Part shown: positions 12,414-25,494 of the stretch, in pieces | How the letters are laid out: the number at the start of each line of letters is the position of its first letter | Numbering within the stretch: position 1 is the first letter of the stretch | DNA from: Pristiophorus japonicus | Lineage: Eukaryota | Reading direction: 5' to 3' | Length of the DNA: 64,000 nt | Assembly: GCF_044704955.1 (NCBI RefSeq) | Contig: NC_091984.1 | Coordinates: 179,118,001-179,182,000 of the forward strand | The notes under the pieces: model-generated | What the model was told of the DNA's origin: nothing | The model's input: only the letters and a program-made list of their open reading frames with translations | Databases searched by the model: none | Position numbers and translations under genes: made by a program

Positions 12414-14250
12414 CTCCATCCACTTGAAATCGGGTTACAGGATCTCGTCCTGCTTTGACTGACATTCGCATACATTTAGAAAAAAGAGAAACACGAGCTA
12501 GAATACACCAAGAGAATGGTTGAATATAGCGAAGTAAATGGTGCGGTGAGAGAAGGAGGAGCGATTAGATGAGTCCCGGCTTGGGCTTCAGGAACCTGAA
12601 GATTATAATAGAGGGGAAGCTGAGGGCAAGCGGTTTAATCGCTATGGGGTCCTCGCGAAGAATGAATTGGATAAGCAGAGTTTCTTGGGAGCTGTATTCA
12701 AGTCTTGGAAGGACGGAGGGTGAATGAGGCAAATGTAACAGTTATTTATTGGACTTGTGATTGATATGGAAAACTGCAAGATAACTCCCGCTTTGCGAAT
12801 TTTGTGTGGGAATCAATGTACGAAATTCCATGGCTTCCTGTTTTGAAAATATCAGCCAAAAATAAATGTCAAACAAATACTTTAAATGTTGGGTACTAAT
12901 AACTTACCGGACGTCGTCATTGTTTGTGGCTTTGAAGAACTGAATAAAGTAACGTTTTAATTGTCCAGCTGAAGGGTATAGAAGAGAGCAAGAAGTAAGA
13001 ATTAAATCACTACACTGTGAGGATTGATGATCGGAGGTGCATTTAGCGTCCCATAAGTACATGGAATCATAGAATGATACAGCATAGAAGGAGGTCATTC
13101 TTCCCATCGCGTCTATGTCTGCTCTGTGATTGAGCTATCCGATTAGACCCACTATCCCGCTCTTGTCCCATAGCCCTACATATTCCCCACCTTCAAGTGC
13201 TTATCAAATTCCCTTCAGAAAGATTTATTGCATCTTCTTCCACCATCCTTTCAGACACTGCATTCCAGATCCTAACAACTCATTGCCTTTTTTCCCCTCA
13301 TGTCGACTCTGGTTCTTTTGACAAATTACCTTAAATGTATGTCCTCGGGCTAGGGACCCTTCTGCCATTGAAAACAATTTCTCCTTATTTACTCTATCAA
13401 AATCCTTCAAGGACACATCTTTCAATTCTAGCCATAAACTTTTCTGTGCTAAGGAAAACAGCCTCAGATTTTCTAATCTCCCCTTTTAACTGAAGTCTTT
13501 CCTCTCTGGTGCCATTCTAGTAATTCTTCTCTGCACCCTCTCTAAGGCCTTGACATCGATCTTAATGAGTACTGTCCTGAATTGGACACAATACTCCAGC
13601 TACTGCCTAAACAGTGTTTTATAAATGTTTAGTATAACTTCATTGCGTTTTTACTCGATACCTCTATTTATCAATCCTCTCCATTACTTCAGACAATATG
13701 TCAAACAGGATAAGCCTTTCACAAATTCTTGTTGGCTTTTGAGATCCCTTATGCCATTTGAACAGTCTTCTTGTTTTGTTCTGACTGCTTGTAATACTTT
13801 TATAGGTACACCCAGGTCTCTATGTTCCTGCACCTTTAAAATATTTCATTTTGTTTATATTGCCTCTCCTCGTTCTTTCTACCAAAATTAGTTCTCACAT
13901 TACTGCGTTAAATTTCATCTGTCATGTGTCTGTCCCTTTCACCAGTCTATGCATCTAGTCAGAATTTTATACGTTTCAATGAGATCCCCTCTCATTCTTC
14001 TGAACTCCAGTGAATACAGGCCTAGTCGACCCAATCTCTCCTCATACGACAGTCCTGCCATCCCAGGAATCAGTCTGGTGAACCTTCACTGCACTCCCTA
14101 TATGGCAAGTATATCCTTTCTTAGGTAAGGAGATCAAAACTGCACACAATACTCCAGGTGTGGTCTCACCAAGACCATGTATAACTGTGGTAAGACATCC
14201 TTGCTCCTGTACTCAAATCCTCTTGCAATGTAGGCCAACAAACCATTTGA

Positions 14251-14580
14251 AACTCTTTTGAGTTTATCTGTAAAATAAAGAAACATTAAACCGTGCCACC
14301 CGCCCTGGATGACACAGCAGACATTTACAAGGCCCCTTTTTTTCCCCCTTTTTTGTGTTTTTTTTGTGTTTTTCTTTTTTTTGGTTTTTTTTTGGGCGCT
14401 AAAATCACATTTTTCCAAGTGCCCGCTATAAAAGGGGAGGGGGACACTAAAAGCACCGGCAATTAAAACAAATTAAACTTTAAAACGTAAAATCAAATTA
14501 AAATTTGGTTGCCGGGCGTGATGATGCACTCCAGTCCCTCCGGTGCCCACCTCTCGCAGAAGGCCGCGAGCGTACCGGCG
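14251..14580 (-). mobile_element. Tx1-clade non-LTR element 3' end
   Basis: ORF end AGTLAAFCERWAPEGLECIITPGNQILI* followed by a low-complexity 3' UTR, resembling Tx1 ORF2 C-termini. Confidence 0.6.
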
Positions 14581-14631
14581 GACAAAAGGCAATGGAAACA
14601 CCAATTATCATTTCGATGTCAAATCATTGCC

Positions 14632-14725
14632 TGATTTGGCGAGGATCGAACTCACAAACCTTGGCGTTGTGTCTGCCTATATTGTCATATAATTACTTCA
14701 CGGTAATCCATTGTGCCACTAGAGC
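14632..14725 (-). pseudogene. Intron-containing tRNA-Ile(UAU) pseudogene (head of a chimeric retrocopy)
   Basis: Minus strand GCTCTAGTGGCACAATGGATTACCGTGAAGTAATTATA-[TGACAATATAGGCAGACAC]-AACGCCAAGGTTTGTGAGTTCGATCCTCGCC resembles vertebrate tRNA-Ile-TAT, with intron and A/B boxes. Confidence 0.7.
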
Positions 14726-14798
14726 CACGCTACGGTCCAACAAACCATTTGACTTCCAAATTGCTTGCTGCACCTGCATGTTTACTTTCAATGACTGG

Positions 14799-15160
14799 TG
14801 ATAGAGATTTCAAACAGGCTGCATTTCGACAGATTGTGAGAATTCACAGACAACAAGTTAGAGATGCTCCGTGATTGGGAGCATGTTGCATTAAGTCATC
14901 AATCAACTTGACATTTTAGGACCTTGTGTAGCTAGCCAATTAAAAGGTTAAAAGACTATTAATTGAGCCAATAAGGTCAAAGAAGGCGAGTTCTTTTCTG
15001 TAAATTGATCCAGGTATAAGTACAGCCATTTTGACCATGTGGTCTCAGAAGGACAAAGACCTGGCTTAAAGCCAAGAGCTTGTTGCTGTCTGCCAGAAAT
15101 AAAGTTACATTAAAACTACCATCGGAGTTCATATTTCATTGGAAATTAAGAGATCTAACA
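14799..15160 (+). mobile_element. Solo LTR
   Basis: TG...CA termini and 5-bp TSD ACTGG (14794-14798, 15161-15165). Contains CCAAT boxes, a TATA-like motif at ~15016 and AATAAA at 15098-15103. Confidence 0.85.
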
Positions 15161-16542
15161 ACTGGTGCACAAGGGCACTAAGGTCCCTCTGTACATCAAC
15201 ACTTCCCAAGCGATCACCATTTAAATAATACTTTGTCCTTATGTATTTCCTACCAAAGTGGATAACTTCACATTTATCCACGTTATACTGCATTTGCCAT
15301 GTATTTGCCCACTCCCTCAACCTATCTAAATAGCTTTGCAGCATATTCGCATCCTCCTCACAACTCACAATCCCACCTAGTTTTGTGTCATCAGCAAACT
15401 TGGAAATATTACATTTGGTTCCCTCATCCAAATCATTTATATATATTGTAAATAGCTGGGGCTCAAGCACTGATCCCTGTGGTACTATAGTCACTGCCCG
15501 CCACCCCAAAAAAGATCCGTTTATTCCTACTCTCTGTTTCCTGTCAGTTAACCAATTTTCAATCCATGCCAATACATTACCCCTAATCCTATGTGCTTTA
15601 ATTTTGCACACTAACCTTGTTATGTATTTAACCCTTGGCAACATGTATTACACCACCACCAGAGGGCCGGCCTGTTGGAGTCCCAAGGGATCCAGCAACC
15701 GTTGGGAGCACTGTATATAAGCAGGCCTCCCACGCGGTACCTGCACTCTGGAGCCTAATTAACGGAGCTAAGATCACACTTACTCATTGCTTACAGTACT
15801 CAGTTTCATCCTTTATTATGAGCATAATAATTGGAGACGAGGTAACAAACAACCACGCGAAAATGCAAAGAACAGTTGGTATCCTGGAGGAGTTCTCAGA
15901 AGGGGACGATTGGGAGGCCTTCGTGGAGAGACTCGACCAATACTTTGTGGCCAATGACCTGGAAGGGGACGAGAATGCTGCCAAATGAAGGGCGATCCTC
16001 CTTACCATCTGTGGGGCAACAACCTATGGCCTCATGAAGAATCTTCTAGCTCCGGTAAAATCAACAACCAAATCCTATGAAGAACTGTGTACGCTGGTCC
16101 GGAAGCACCTAAATCTTAAGGAAAGCGTTTTGATGGCGAGGTATCGATTCTACACGTGTCAATGAGGGCCAGGAAATGGTGAGCTATTTCGCCAAAGTAA
16201 GGCACCTTGCAGGACATTGCGAATTTGATGGATTCCTTGAACAAATGCTGAGAGACATTTTTGGGCTTGGCATTGGCCATGAGGTAATCCTTCGCAAACT
16301 ATTGAATGTTGAAACACCGAATCTGAGCAAAGCCCTAACGATAGCCCAGGCATTTATGCCACCAGCGATAACACCAAACAAATTTCGCAGCATAAAGAGG
16401 TTTCGGCCAGTGCCGTGTACAAAATAACGTAGATTTCGAGCAGGAATATACATGGCAGAACGTACACGCCAGCTGCTGCACGACCTCAGATGACCCAGAG
16501 TCTGCCATCAATCATTAATGTGAGGTAGTTAACACCTAACTG

Positions 16543-16690
16543 TCCTGTGACAATTGGAGCTGGTGCTCTCCACTCTCTCTCCTGCGACAGTTGGAGCTGG
16601 TGCTCTCCACTCTCTCTCCTGCGACAGCTGGAACTGGTGCTCTCTACTCTCACGTCCTGTGACAGTTGGAAGTGGTGCTCTCCACTCTCC
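16543..16690. repeat. Tandem repeat, 4 x ~37 bp
   Basis: Unit TCCTGCGACAGTTGGAGCTGGTGCTCTCCACTCTCTC starts at 16543, 16580, 16617 and 16655. Confidence 0.9.
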
Positions 16691-19600
16691 CGTAGGTGTA
16701 GGAGGGAGGGCTTTAGTTTCCTGAACAATTGGGACCGCTTCTGGGGAAGGTGGGACCTGTACAAGTCGGACAGGTTACACCTCAACAGAGACGGGACCAA
16801 CGTTCTCGCGGGTGGTTTTGTTAGTACGGTTGGGAGGGCTTTAAACTAGCTTGGCAAGGGGATGGGAACCCAGGAGAGGGCTCTGAGCTAGTTAGAGTGG
16901 GTGAAAGCTCAGATGAACAGAACCCCAAGAAAGAATGCAAAAGGCAGGAGGCAACAGAGCAGAGTAGCACTGGGGTAAGTGTAAACCACAAGGTGATAGG
17001 AAGGGACAATATGTATGAATATAAAGGGGCTGCAGGAGGGGTCAAAACTAAAAATCATGGTTTAAAAACTAGTATTAAAACACTCTACCTAAACGCATGC
17101 AGCATTCGAAATAAAGTAAATGAGTTGACGGCACAAATCATTACAAATGGGTATGATTTAGTGGCCATTACAGAAACGTGGTTGCAGGGTGGCCAAGACT
17201 GGGAATTAAACATACAGGGGTATCTGACAATTCGGAAAGATAGACAAGAAGGGAAAGGAGGTGGGGTAGCTCTGTTAATAAAGGATGATATCAGGGCAGT
17301 TGTGAGAGACGATATTGGCTCTAATGAACAAAATGTTGAATCATTGTGGGTGGAGATTAGAGATAGTAAGGGGAAAAAGTCACTGGTGGGCGTAGTTTAT
17401 AGGCCCCCAAAAAATAACTTCATGGTGGGGCGGACAATAATCAAGGGAATAATGGGAGGCATGTGAAAAAGGAACGGCAGTAATCATGGGGGATTTTAAC
17501 CTACATATCGATTGGCCAAATCAAATCGCATGGGGTAGCCTTGAGGAGGAATTCATAGAATGCATACGGGATTGTTTCTTAGAACAGTATGTTACAGAAC
17601 CTACAAGGGAGCAAGCTATCTTAGATCTGGTCCTGTGTAATGAGACAGGAATAATAAACGATCTCCGAGTAAAAGATCCTCTCGGAATGAGTGATCACAG
17701 TATGGTTGAATTTGTAATACAGATTGAGGGTGAGGAAGTAGTGTCTCAAAGGAGCGTACTATGCTTAAACAAAGGGGACTACAGTGGGATGAGGGCAGAG
17801 TTGGCTAAAGTAGACTGGGAACACAGACTAAACGGTGGCACAATTGAGGAACAGTGGAGGACTTTTAAGGAGCTCTTTCATAGTGCTCAACAAAAATATA
17901 TTCCAGTGAAAAAGAAGGGCGGTAAGAGAAGGGATAACCAGCCGTGGATAACCAAGGAAATAAAGGAGAGTATTAAATTAAAAACCAATACGTATAAGGT
18001 GGCCAAGGTTAGTGGGAAACGAGAAGATTGGGAAAGTTTTAAACGACAGCAAAGAATGACTAAGAAAGCAATAAAGAAGGGGAAGATAGATTACAAATGT
18101 AAACTTGCGCAAAACATAAAAACAGATAGTAAAAGCTTTTACCAATATATAAAATGGAAAAGAGTGAGTAAAGTAAATGTTGGTCCCTTAGAAGATGAGA
18201 AAGGTGATTTAATAATGGGAAATGTGGAAATGGCTGAGACCTTAAACAATTATTTTGCTTCGGTCTTCACAGTGGAAGACACAAAAACCATGCCAAAAAT
18301 TGCTGCTCACGGGAATGTGGGAAGGGAGGACCTTGAGACAATCAATATCAGTAGCGGGGTAGTGCTGGACAGGCTAATGGGACTCAAGGTAGACAAATCT
18401 CCTGGTCCTGATGAAATGCATACCAGGGTATTAAAAGAGATGGCGGAATTTATAGCAGATACATTCGTTATAATCTACCAAAATTCTCTGGACTCTGGGG
18501 AGGTACCAGTGGATTGGAAAGCAGCAAATGTAACGCCTCTGTTTAAAAAAGGGGGCAGACAAAAGGCAGGTAACTATAGGCCGGTTAGTTTAACATCTGT
18601 AGTGGAGAAAATGCTTGAAGCTATCATTAAGGAAGAAATAGCGGGACATCTAGATAGGAATAGTGCAATCAAGCAGATGCAACATGGATTCATGAAGGGG
18701 AAATCACGTGTAACTAATTTACTGGAAGTCTTTGAGGATATAACGAGCATGGTGGATAGAGGTGTACCGATGGATGTGGTGTATTTAGATTTCCAAAAGG
18801 CATTCGATAAGGTGCCACACAAAAGATTACTGCAGAAGATAAAGGTACGCGGAGTCAGAGGAAATATATTAGCATGGATAGAGAATTGGCTGGCTAACAG
18901 AAAGCAGAGAGTCGGGATAAATGGGTCCTTTTCGGGTTGGAAATCGGTGGTTAGTGGTGTGCCACAGGGATCGGTGCTGGGACCACAACTGTTTACAATA
19001 TACATAGATGACCTGGAAGAGGGGACAGAGTGTAGTGCAACAAAATTTGCAGATGACACAAAGATTAGTGGGAAAGCGGGTTGTGTAGAGGACACAGAGA
19101 GGCTGCAAAGAGATTTAGATAGGTTAAGCGAATGGGCTAAGGTTTGGCAGATGGAATACAATGTCGGAAAATGTGAGGTCATCCACCTTGGGGAAAAAAA
19201 ACAGTAAAAGGGAATATTATTTGAATGGGGAGAAATTACAACATGCTGCAGTGCAGAGGGACCTGGGGGTCCTTGTGCATGAATCCCAAAAGTTAGTTTG
19301 CAGGTGCAGCAGGTAATCAGGAAGGCGAATGGAATGTTGGCCTTCATTGCGAGAGGGATGGAGTACAAAAGCAGGAAGGTCCTGCTGCAACTGTACAAGG
19401 TATTGGTGAGGCCGCACCTGGAGTACTGCGTGCAGTTTTGGTCACCTTACTTAAGGAAGGATATACTAGCTTTGGAAGGGTACAGAGATGATTCACTAGG
19501 CTGATTCTGGAGATGAGGGGGTTACCTTATGATGATAGATTGAGTAGATTGGGACTGTACTCGTTGGAGTTCAGAAGGATGAGGGGTGATCTTATAGAAA

Positions 19601-19986
19601 AATTTAAAATAATGAAGGGGCTAGACAGGATAGAGGCAGAGAGGTTGTTTCCACTGGTCGGGGAGACTAGAACTAGGGGGCACAGCCTCAAAATACGGGG
19701 GAGCCAATTTAAAACCGAGTTGAGAAGGAATTTCTTCTCCCAGAGGGTTGTGAATCTGTGGAATTCTCTGCCCAAGGAAGCAGTTGAGGCTAGCTCATTG
19801 AATATATTCAAATCACAGATAGATAGATTTTTAACCAATAAGGGAATTAAGGGTTATGGGGAGCGGGTGGGTAAGTGGAGCTGAGTCCACGGCCAGTTCA
19901 GCCGTGATCTTGTTGGGTGGCGGAGCAGGGTCGAGGGGCTAGATGGCCTACTCCTGTTCCTAATTCTAATGTTCTTATGTTCTTAT
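16691..19986 (+). mobile_element. CR1 LINE with the ORF1 esterase end and a near-complete ORF2 (APE + RT), a few frameshifts
   Basis: WDRFWGRWDLYKSDRLHLN (ORF1), YLNACSIRNK..ITETW (APE), 573-aa ORF with YLDFQKAFDKV and FADD, and a (TTCTTATG)n tail. Confidence 0.95.
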
Positions 19987-20318
19987 TAATGTTGGGGAAG
20001 TCCAGAACCAGGGGTCACAGTCTAAGGATAAGGGGTAAGCTGTTTAGGACCGAGATGAGGAGAATCTTCTTCACCCAGTGAGTGGTGAACCTGTGGAATT
20101 CTCTACCACAGAAAGTTGCTGAGGCCAATTCACTAAATATATTCAAAAAGGAGTTAGATGTAGTCCTTACTACTAGGGGGATCAAGGGGTATGGCGAGAA
20201 AGCAGGAATGGGGTACTGAAGTTGCATGTTCAGCCATGAACTCATTGAATGGTGGTGCAGGCTCGAAGGGCCGAATGGCCTACTCCTGCACCTATTTTCT
20301 ATGTTTCTATGTTTCTAT
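19987..20318 (+). mobile_element. Second CR1 3' end in tandem
   Basis: CR1 3' UTR with (TTTCTATG)n tail. Confidence 0.85.
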
Positions 20319-22121
20319 GTTATGGAGGTGATCATCGGGCCCATCAATGCCGCTTCAAGCAGTATGCATGCAATGGCTGCAGAACAATGGGACATCTCCA
20401 GCGAATGTGCAGGCGAGCTGAAAACCCTGCAAACCACCACGTTGCAGAGGATGATCGATCCATAGTGGATCAGGCTGAACTAGAGCCTTGAACTGAAGAG
20501 GCAGAAGTGTACGGGGTACACACCTTCACCATGAAATGTCCACCAATAATGTTAAAAGTTGAATTGAATGGAATTCCAGTATCCATGGAACCGGATACGG
20601 GTATGAGTCAGTCCATAATGAGCAAAAAGGCCTTCGACAGGCTGTGGTGCAACAAGGCACACAAGCCCAAGCTCAGCCCCATTCATACCAAGCTAAGAAC
20701 TTATATCAAATAACTGGCAGCGCAGAAGTAAAAGTCTCCTATGGTGGAGCAGTGCACAAACTCCCGCTATGGATTGTGTCAGGGGATGGCCCCACACTGT
20801 TCGGCAGAAGCTGGCTGGGAAAAATCCACTGGAACTGGGACGACATCCGAGCGCTTTCGTCCATTGACGATGCCTCATGTGCCCAGGTTCTGAGCAGATT
20901 TCCATCGATGTTCGAGCCAGGCATTGGAAGTTTCTTGTGGACGAAAGTGTAGATTCACTTGGTTCCCGGTACACGAGCCATCCATCACAAAGCACGGGCG
21001 GTAACGTATATGAAGCTAGAGAAAGTGGAAATTGAGCTGGACAAGCTGCAGCGAGAAGGCATCATCGCGCCGGTGGAATTCAATGAGTGGGCAGTCCAAT
21101 TGTCCCGGTACTCAAAGGTGATGACACAGTCAGAATTTGTGGGGACTATAAAATAACGATTAACTGTTTTTCACTACAGGACCACTACCCGCTACCCAAG
21201 GCAGACGACCTATTTGCGACTCTGGCTGGAGGAAAGACATTCACCAAGTTGGACCCGACCTCGGCCTACATGACGCAGGAGCTGGCGGAATCTTCGAAAG
21301 GCCTCACCTGCATCAACACGCACAAAGGTCTGTTCATCTATAACGGATGCCAGTTCGGGATTCGTTCGGCTGTGGCAATTTTCCAACAGAACACGGAGAG
21401 CCTGCTAAAGTCGGTTCCACGCACTGAGGTTTTCCAGGACCACATTCTGGTCACAGGTTGGGACACCATCGAACACTTGAAGAATCTGGAAGAGGTGTTA
21501 AGTCGGCTAGATCGTATGGGACTCAGGTTGAAACGCTTGAAGTGTGTTTTCCTGGCGCCAGAGGTCGAGTTCTTGTGAAGAAGAATCGCAGCAGATGGCA
21601 TCAGACCCACTGACGCCAAGACAGAGGCCATCAAGAATGTGCCGATATCACAGAACGTGATGGAGCTGCGGTCGTTCCTGGAACTCCTCAACTATTTTGT
21701 TAATTTCCTACCAGGATTAAGCACCTTGCTAGAACCCCTACATGTGCTACTGCACAAGGGAGATGACTGGGTATGGGGAAATTCACAAGAGGCAGCCTTT
21801 GAGAAAGCCAGAAATCTGTTATGTTCAAACAAACTGCTGTTCTGTATAACCCATGTAAACGAATAGTGCTAGTTTGCAATGCGTCGTCATACGGGGTCGG
21901 GTGTGTGTTACAACAGGCTAACGAATTGGGGATTTTGCAACCGGTCGCTTATGCATCCAGGAGTTTGTCCAAGGCCGAAAGGGCCTACAGCATGACTGAA
22001 AAAGAAGCTCTGGCATGTGTTTACAGGGTGAAAAAAATGCATCAGTATTTGTTTGGTCTCAAGTTTGAGCTTGAAACTGACCATAAGCCACTCATATCGT
22101 TATTCTCAGAGAGCAAAGTGA

Positions 22122-22980
22122 TAGAAACATAGAACATAGGTGCAGGAGTAGGCCATTCGGCCCTTCGAGCCTGCACCACCATTCAGTAAGATCATGGCTG
22201 ATCAATCATCTCAGTACCTCTTTCTGCTTTCTCTCCATACCCCTTGATCCCTTTAGAAGTAAGGGCCATATCTAACTCCCTCTTGAATATATCCAATGAA
22301 TGGGCATCAACAACTCTCTGCGGTAGGGAATTCCACAGGTTAACAACTCTCTAAATGAAGAAGTTTCTCCTCATCTCTGTCCTAAATGGCTTACCCCTTA
22401 TCCTTAGACTGTGTCCCCTGGTTCTGGACTTCCCCAACATTGGAAACATTCTTCCTGCATCTAACCTGTCCAGTCCTATCAGAATTTTATATGTTTCTAT
22501 GAGATCCCCTCTCATCCTTCTAAACTCCAGTGAATACAGGCCCAGTCGATCCAGTCACTCCTCATATGTCAGTCCTTCCAATCCCGGGAATCAGTCTGGT
22601 GAACCTTCGCTGCACTCCCCCGATAGCAAGAACGTCCTTCCTCAGATTGGGAGACCAAAACTGAACACAATATTCCAGGTGAGGCCTCACCAAGGCCCTG
22701 TACAACTGCGGTAAGACCTCACTCCTCCTTTACTCAAATCCCTTAGCTATGAAGACCAACATACCATTTGCCTTCTTCACTGTCTGCTGTACTTGCATGC
22801 CAACTTTCAATGACTGATATACCATGACACCCAGGTCTCGTTGCACCTCCCCTTTTCCTAATCTGCCGCCATTCAGATAATATTCTGCCTTCGTGTTTTT
22901 GCCCCCAAAGTGAAAAACCTCACATTTCTCCACATTATAATGCATCTGCCATGCATTTGCCCACTCACCTAACGTGTCCA
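22122..22980 (-). mobile_element. CR1 3' fragment nested in Gypsy pol
   Basis: (CATAGAAA) tail and RT C-terminus; Gypsy RNase H resumes at ~22981 (INTNASVRIQRWAL). Confidence 0.9.
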
Positions 22981-24341
22981 AGGATTAACACCAATGCCTC
23001 TGTCCGCATCCAAAGATGGGCACTCACGCTGTTGGCATACAACTATGTAATCCGGCACAGACCGGGCACAGACAACTGCACTGATGCTCTCAGGCGGCTA
23101 CCATTGCCCACCACCAGGGTGGAAATGGCACAGCCTGCAGACTTGCTCATGGTGATGGATGCATTTGAAAACGAAAAGTCACCCGTTATGGCCCGCCAAA
23201 TCAGGACCTGGACCAGCCAGGATCCTTTACTGTCCCTGGTAAAAAACTGTGCCCTCCATGGGAGCTGGTCCAGCGCCCCAGCGGAGATGCAGGAAGAGAT
23301 TAAGCCATTCCACAGGCGCAAAGACGAAATGTCCTTACAGGCGGACTGTCAGTTGTGGGACAATTGTGTGGTCTTGCCCAAGAAAGGCAGAGAAACGTTC
23401 ATACGTGATCTACACAGCACCCACCCAGGCATTGCAATGATGAAAGCCATAGCCAGATTCCATGTGTGATGGCCTGGCATCAACTCAGATTTAGATTCAT
23501 GCGTGCGCCAGTGCAACACTTGCTCTCAACTGAGCAATGCATCCAGAGAGGCACTGCTAAGTTTGTGATTGTGGCCCTCCAAACTGTGGTCTAAGATCCA
23601 CGTTGACTATGCGGGCCCATTTCTCGGCAAAATGTTCTTGGTTGTTGTGGATGCTTATTCAAAATGGATTGAATGTGTAATAACATCTGTAAGCACGTCC
23701 ACCGCCACCATCGAAAGCCTATGAACCATATTTGCAACCTGATGTCCTAGTCAGCGTGTCGTGCCAATGGGCCGTGTTTCACCAGTGCTGAATTTAAGGA
23801 ATTCATGACCTGCAACGGGATCTGCTCCGTTCAAGCCCATATTTGCAATCCGCCAGTCCTCTGGCACCACTCCCATATCTAAGGAAGATTGGAAGATTGG
23901 CCAGAGCCTCTCTAATTTAGCCCTCTCCTTCCTTCCCTCAGCAGCCAAGGATGCACCCCAACTGATATGCGTGACTTTTCCAGTTTGAGCACTGCGAACA
24001 TTTAAATGCCTCCTCTTTATCTATTTTTATCCTATTCAAATTTTGCATTAATTCATCCTTTACTGTGGCATTGGTCGCAACCTCTGTTTTTGTAAATGTC
24101 ACAATAAAGGAAGAAGTAATAAAACTTCTCCTGGCACTCGTCGGCAGTCTGCTTCTCTTTGTATATATAGGTCTAAATCATTCCGCTTTTCTGTGACTCT
24201 GTACTCTCAGCACTGAAAATGCAGGAATCATTAAAAGTACCACATTGATTGGAAATACCCGATGAGAATATTCTGTAAAACGGATAATTGTTATCTATAT
24301 TTCTTGTTTGAAACACACATTTTGCATTAAAATTTGGCATA

Positions 24342-25494
24342 ATGTGCAAAGTTAAAGCACATGGGATTGGGGGTAGTGTGCTGACATGGAATGAGAACTG
24401 GTTGTCAGACAGGAAGCAAAGAGTTGGAGTAAATGGGGACTTTTCAGAATGGCAGGCAGTGACTAGTGGGGTTCCGCAAGGTTCTGTGCTGGGGCCCCAG
24501 CTGTTTACACTGTACATTAATGATTTAGACGAGGGGATTAAATGTAGTATCTCCAAATTTGCGGATGACACTAAGTTGGGTGGCAGTGTGAGCTGCGAGG
24601 AAGATGCTATGAAGCTGCAGAGCGACTTGGATAGGTTAGGTGAGTGGGCAAATGCATGGCAGATGAGGTATAATGTGGATAAATGTGAGGTTATCCACTT
24701 TGCTGGTAAAAACAGAGAGACAGACTATTATCTGAATGGTGACAGATTAGGAAAAGGGGAGGTGCAACGAGACCTGGGTGTCATGGTACATCAGTCATTG
24801 AAGGTTGGCATGCAGGTACAGCAGGCGGTTAAGAAAACAAATGGCATGTTGGCCTTCATAGCGAGGGGATTTGAGTACAGGGGCAGGGAGGTGTTGCTAC
24901 AGTTGTACAGGGCCTTGTGAGGCCACACCTGGAGTATTGTGTACAGTTTTGGTCTCCTAACCTGAGGAAGGACATTCTTGCTATTGAGGGAGTGCAGCGA
25001 AGGTTCACCAGACTGATTCCCGGGATGGCAGGACTGACCTATCAAGAAAGACTGGATCAACTGGGCTTGTATTCACTGGAATTCAGAATAATGAGAGGGG
25101 ACCTCATAGAAACGTTTAAAATTCTGACGGGGTTAGACAGGTTAGATGCAGGAAGAATGTTCCCAATGTTGGGGAAGTCCAGAACCAGGGGACACAGTCT
25201 AAGGATAAGGGGTTAGCCATTTTGGACCGAGATGCGGAGGAACTTCTTCACCCAGAGAGTGGTGAACCTGTGGAATTCTCTACCACAGAAAGTTGTTGAG
25301 GCCAATTCACTAAATATATTCAAAAAGGAGTTAGATGAAGTCCTTACTACTAGGGGGAATCAAGGGGTATGGCGAGAAAGCAGGAATGGGGTACTGAAGT
25401 TGCATGTTCAGCCATGAACTCATTGAATGGCAGTGCAGGCTCGAAGGGCCGAATGGCCTACTCCTGCACCTATTTTCTATGTTTCTATGTTTCT
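24342..25494 (+). mobile_element. CR1 LINE 3' fragment
   Basis: GVPQGSVLGPQLF and SKFADDTKL motifs; (TTTCTATG)n tail. Confidence 0.92.

Larger units (their letters stand above)
13065..15617 (-). mobile_element. Two adjoining CR1 fragments hosting later insertions
   Basis: CR1 RT motifs ([29 protein letters not shown]); interrupted at 14251-14736 and 14799-15160. Confidence 0.8.
15618..23840 (+). mobile_element. Ty3/Gypsy LTR retrotransposon, 3'-truncated, with nested CR1s
   Basis: 5' LTR 15618-15829 (TGTTATG...CATAATA) and PBS-like TGGAGACGAG. Gag DWEAFVERLDQYFVAND, zinc knuckle CNGCRTMGHLQRMC, protease MEPDTG, RT RICGDYK...FQDH, RNase H ETDHKPL, integrase HVDYAGPFLGKMFLVVVDAYSKW. Many stops; no 3' LTR seen. 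Confidence 0.9.

Noticed and set aside
16543-16690. CRISPR-like array of ~37-bp repeats
   Set aside because: Head-to-tail repeats with no spacers, in vertebrate DNA with no cas genes.
18574-19398. 274-aa minus-strand ORF
   Set aside because: Antisense shadow of CR1 RT, seen repeatedly in other CR1 copies.
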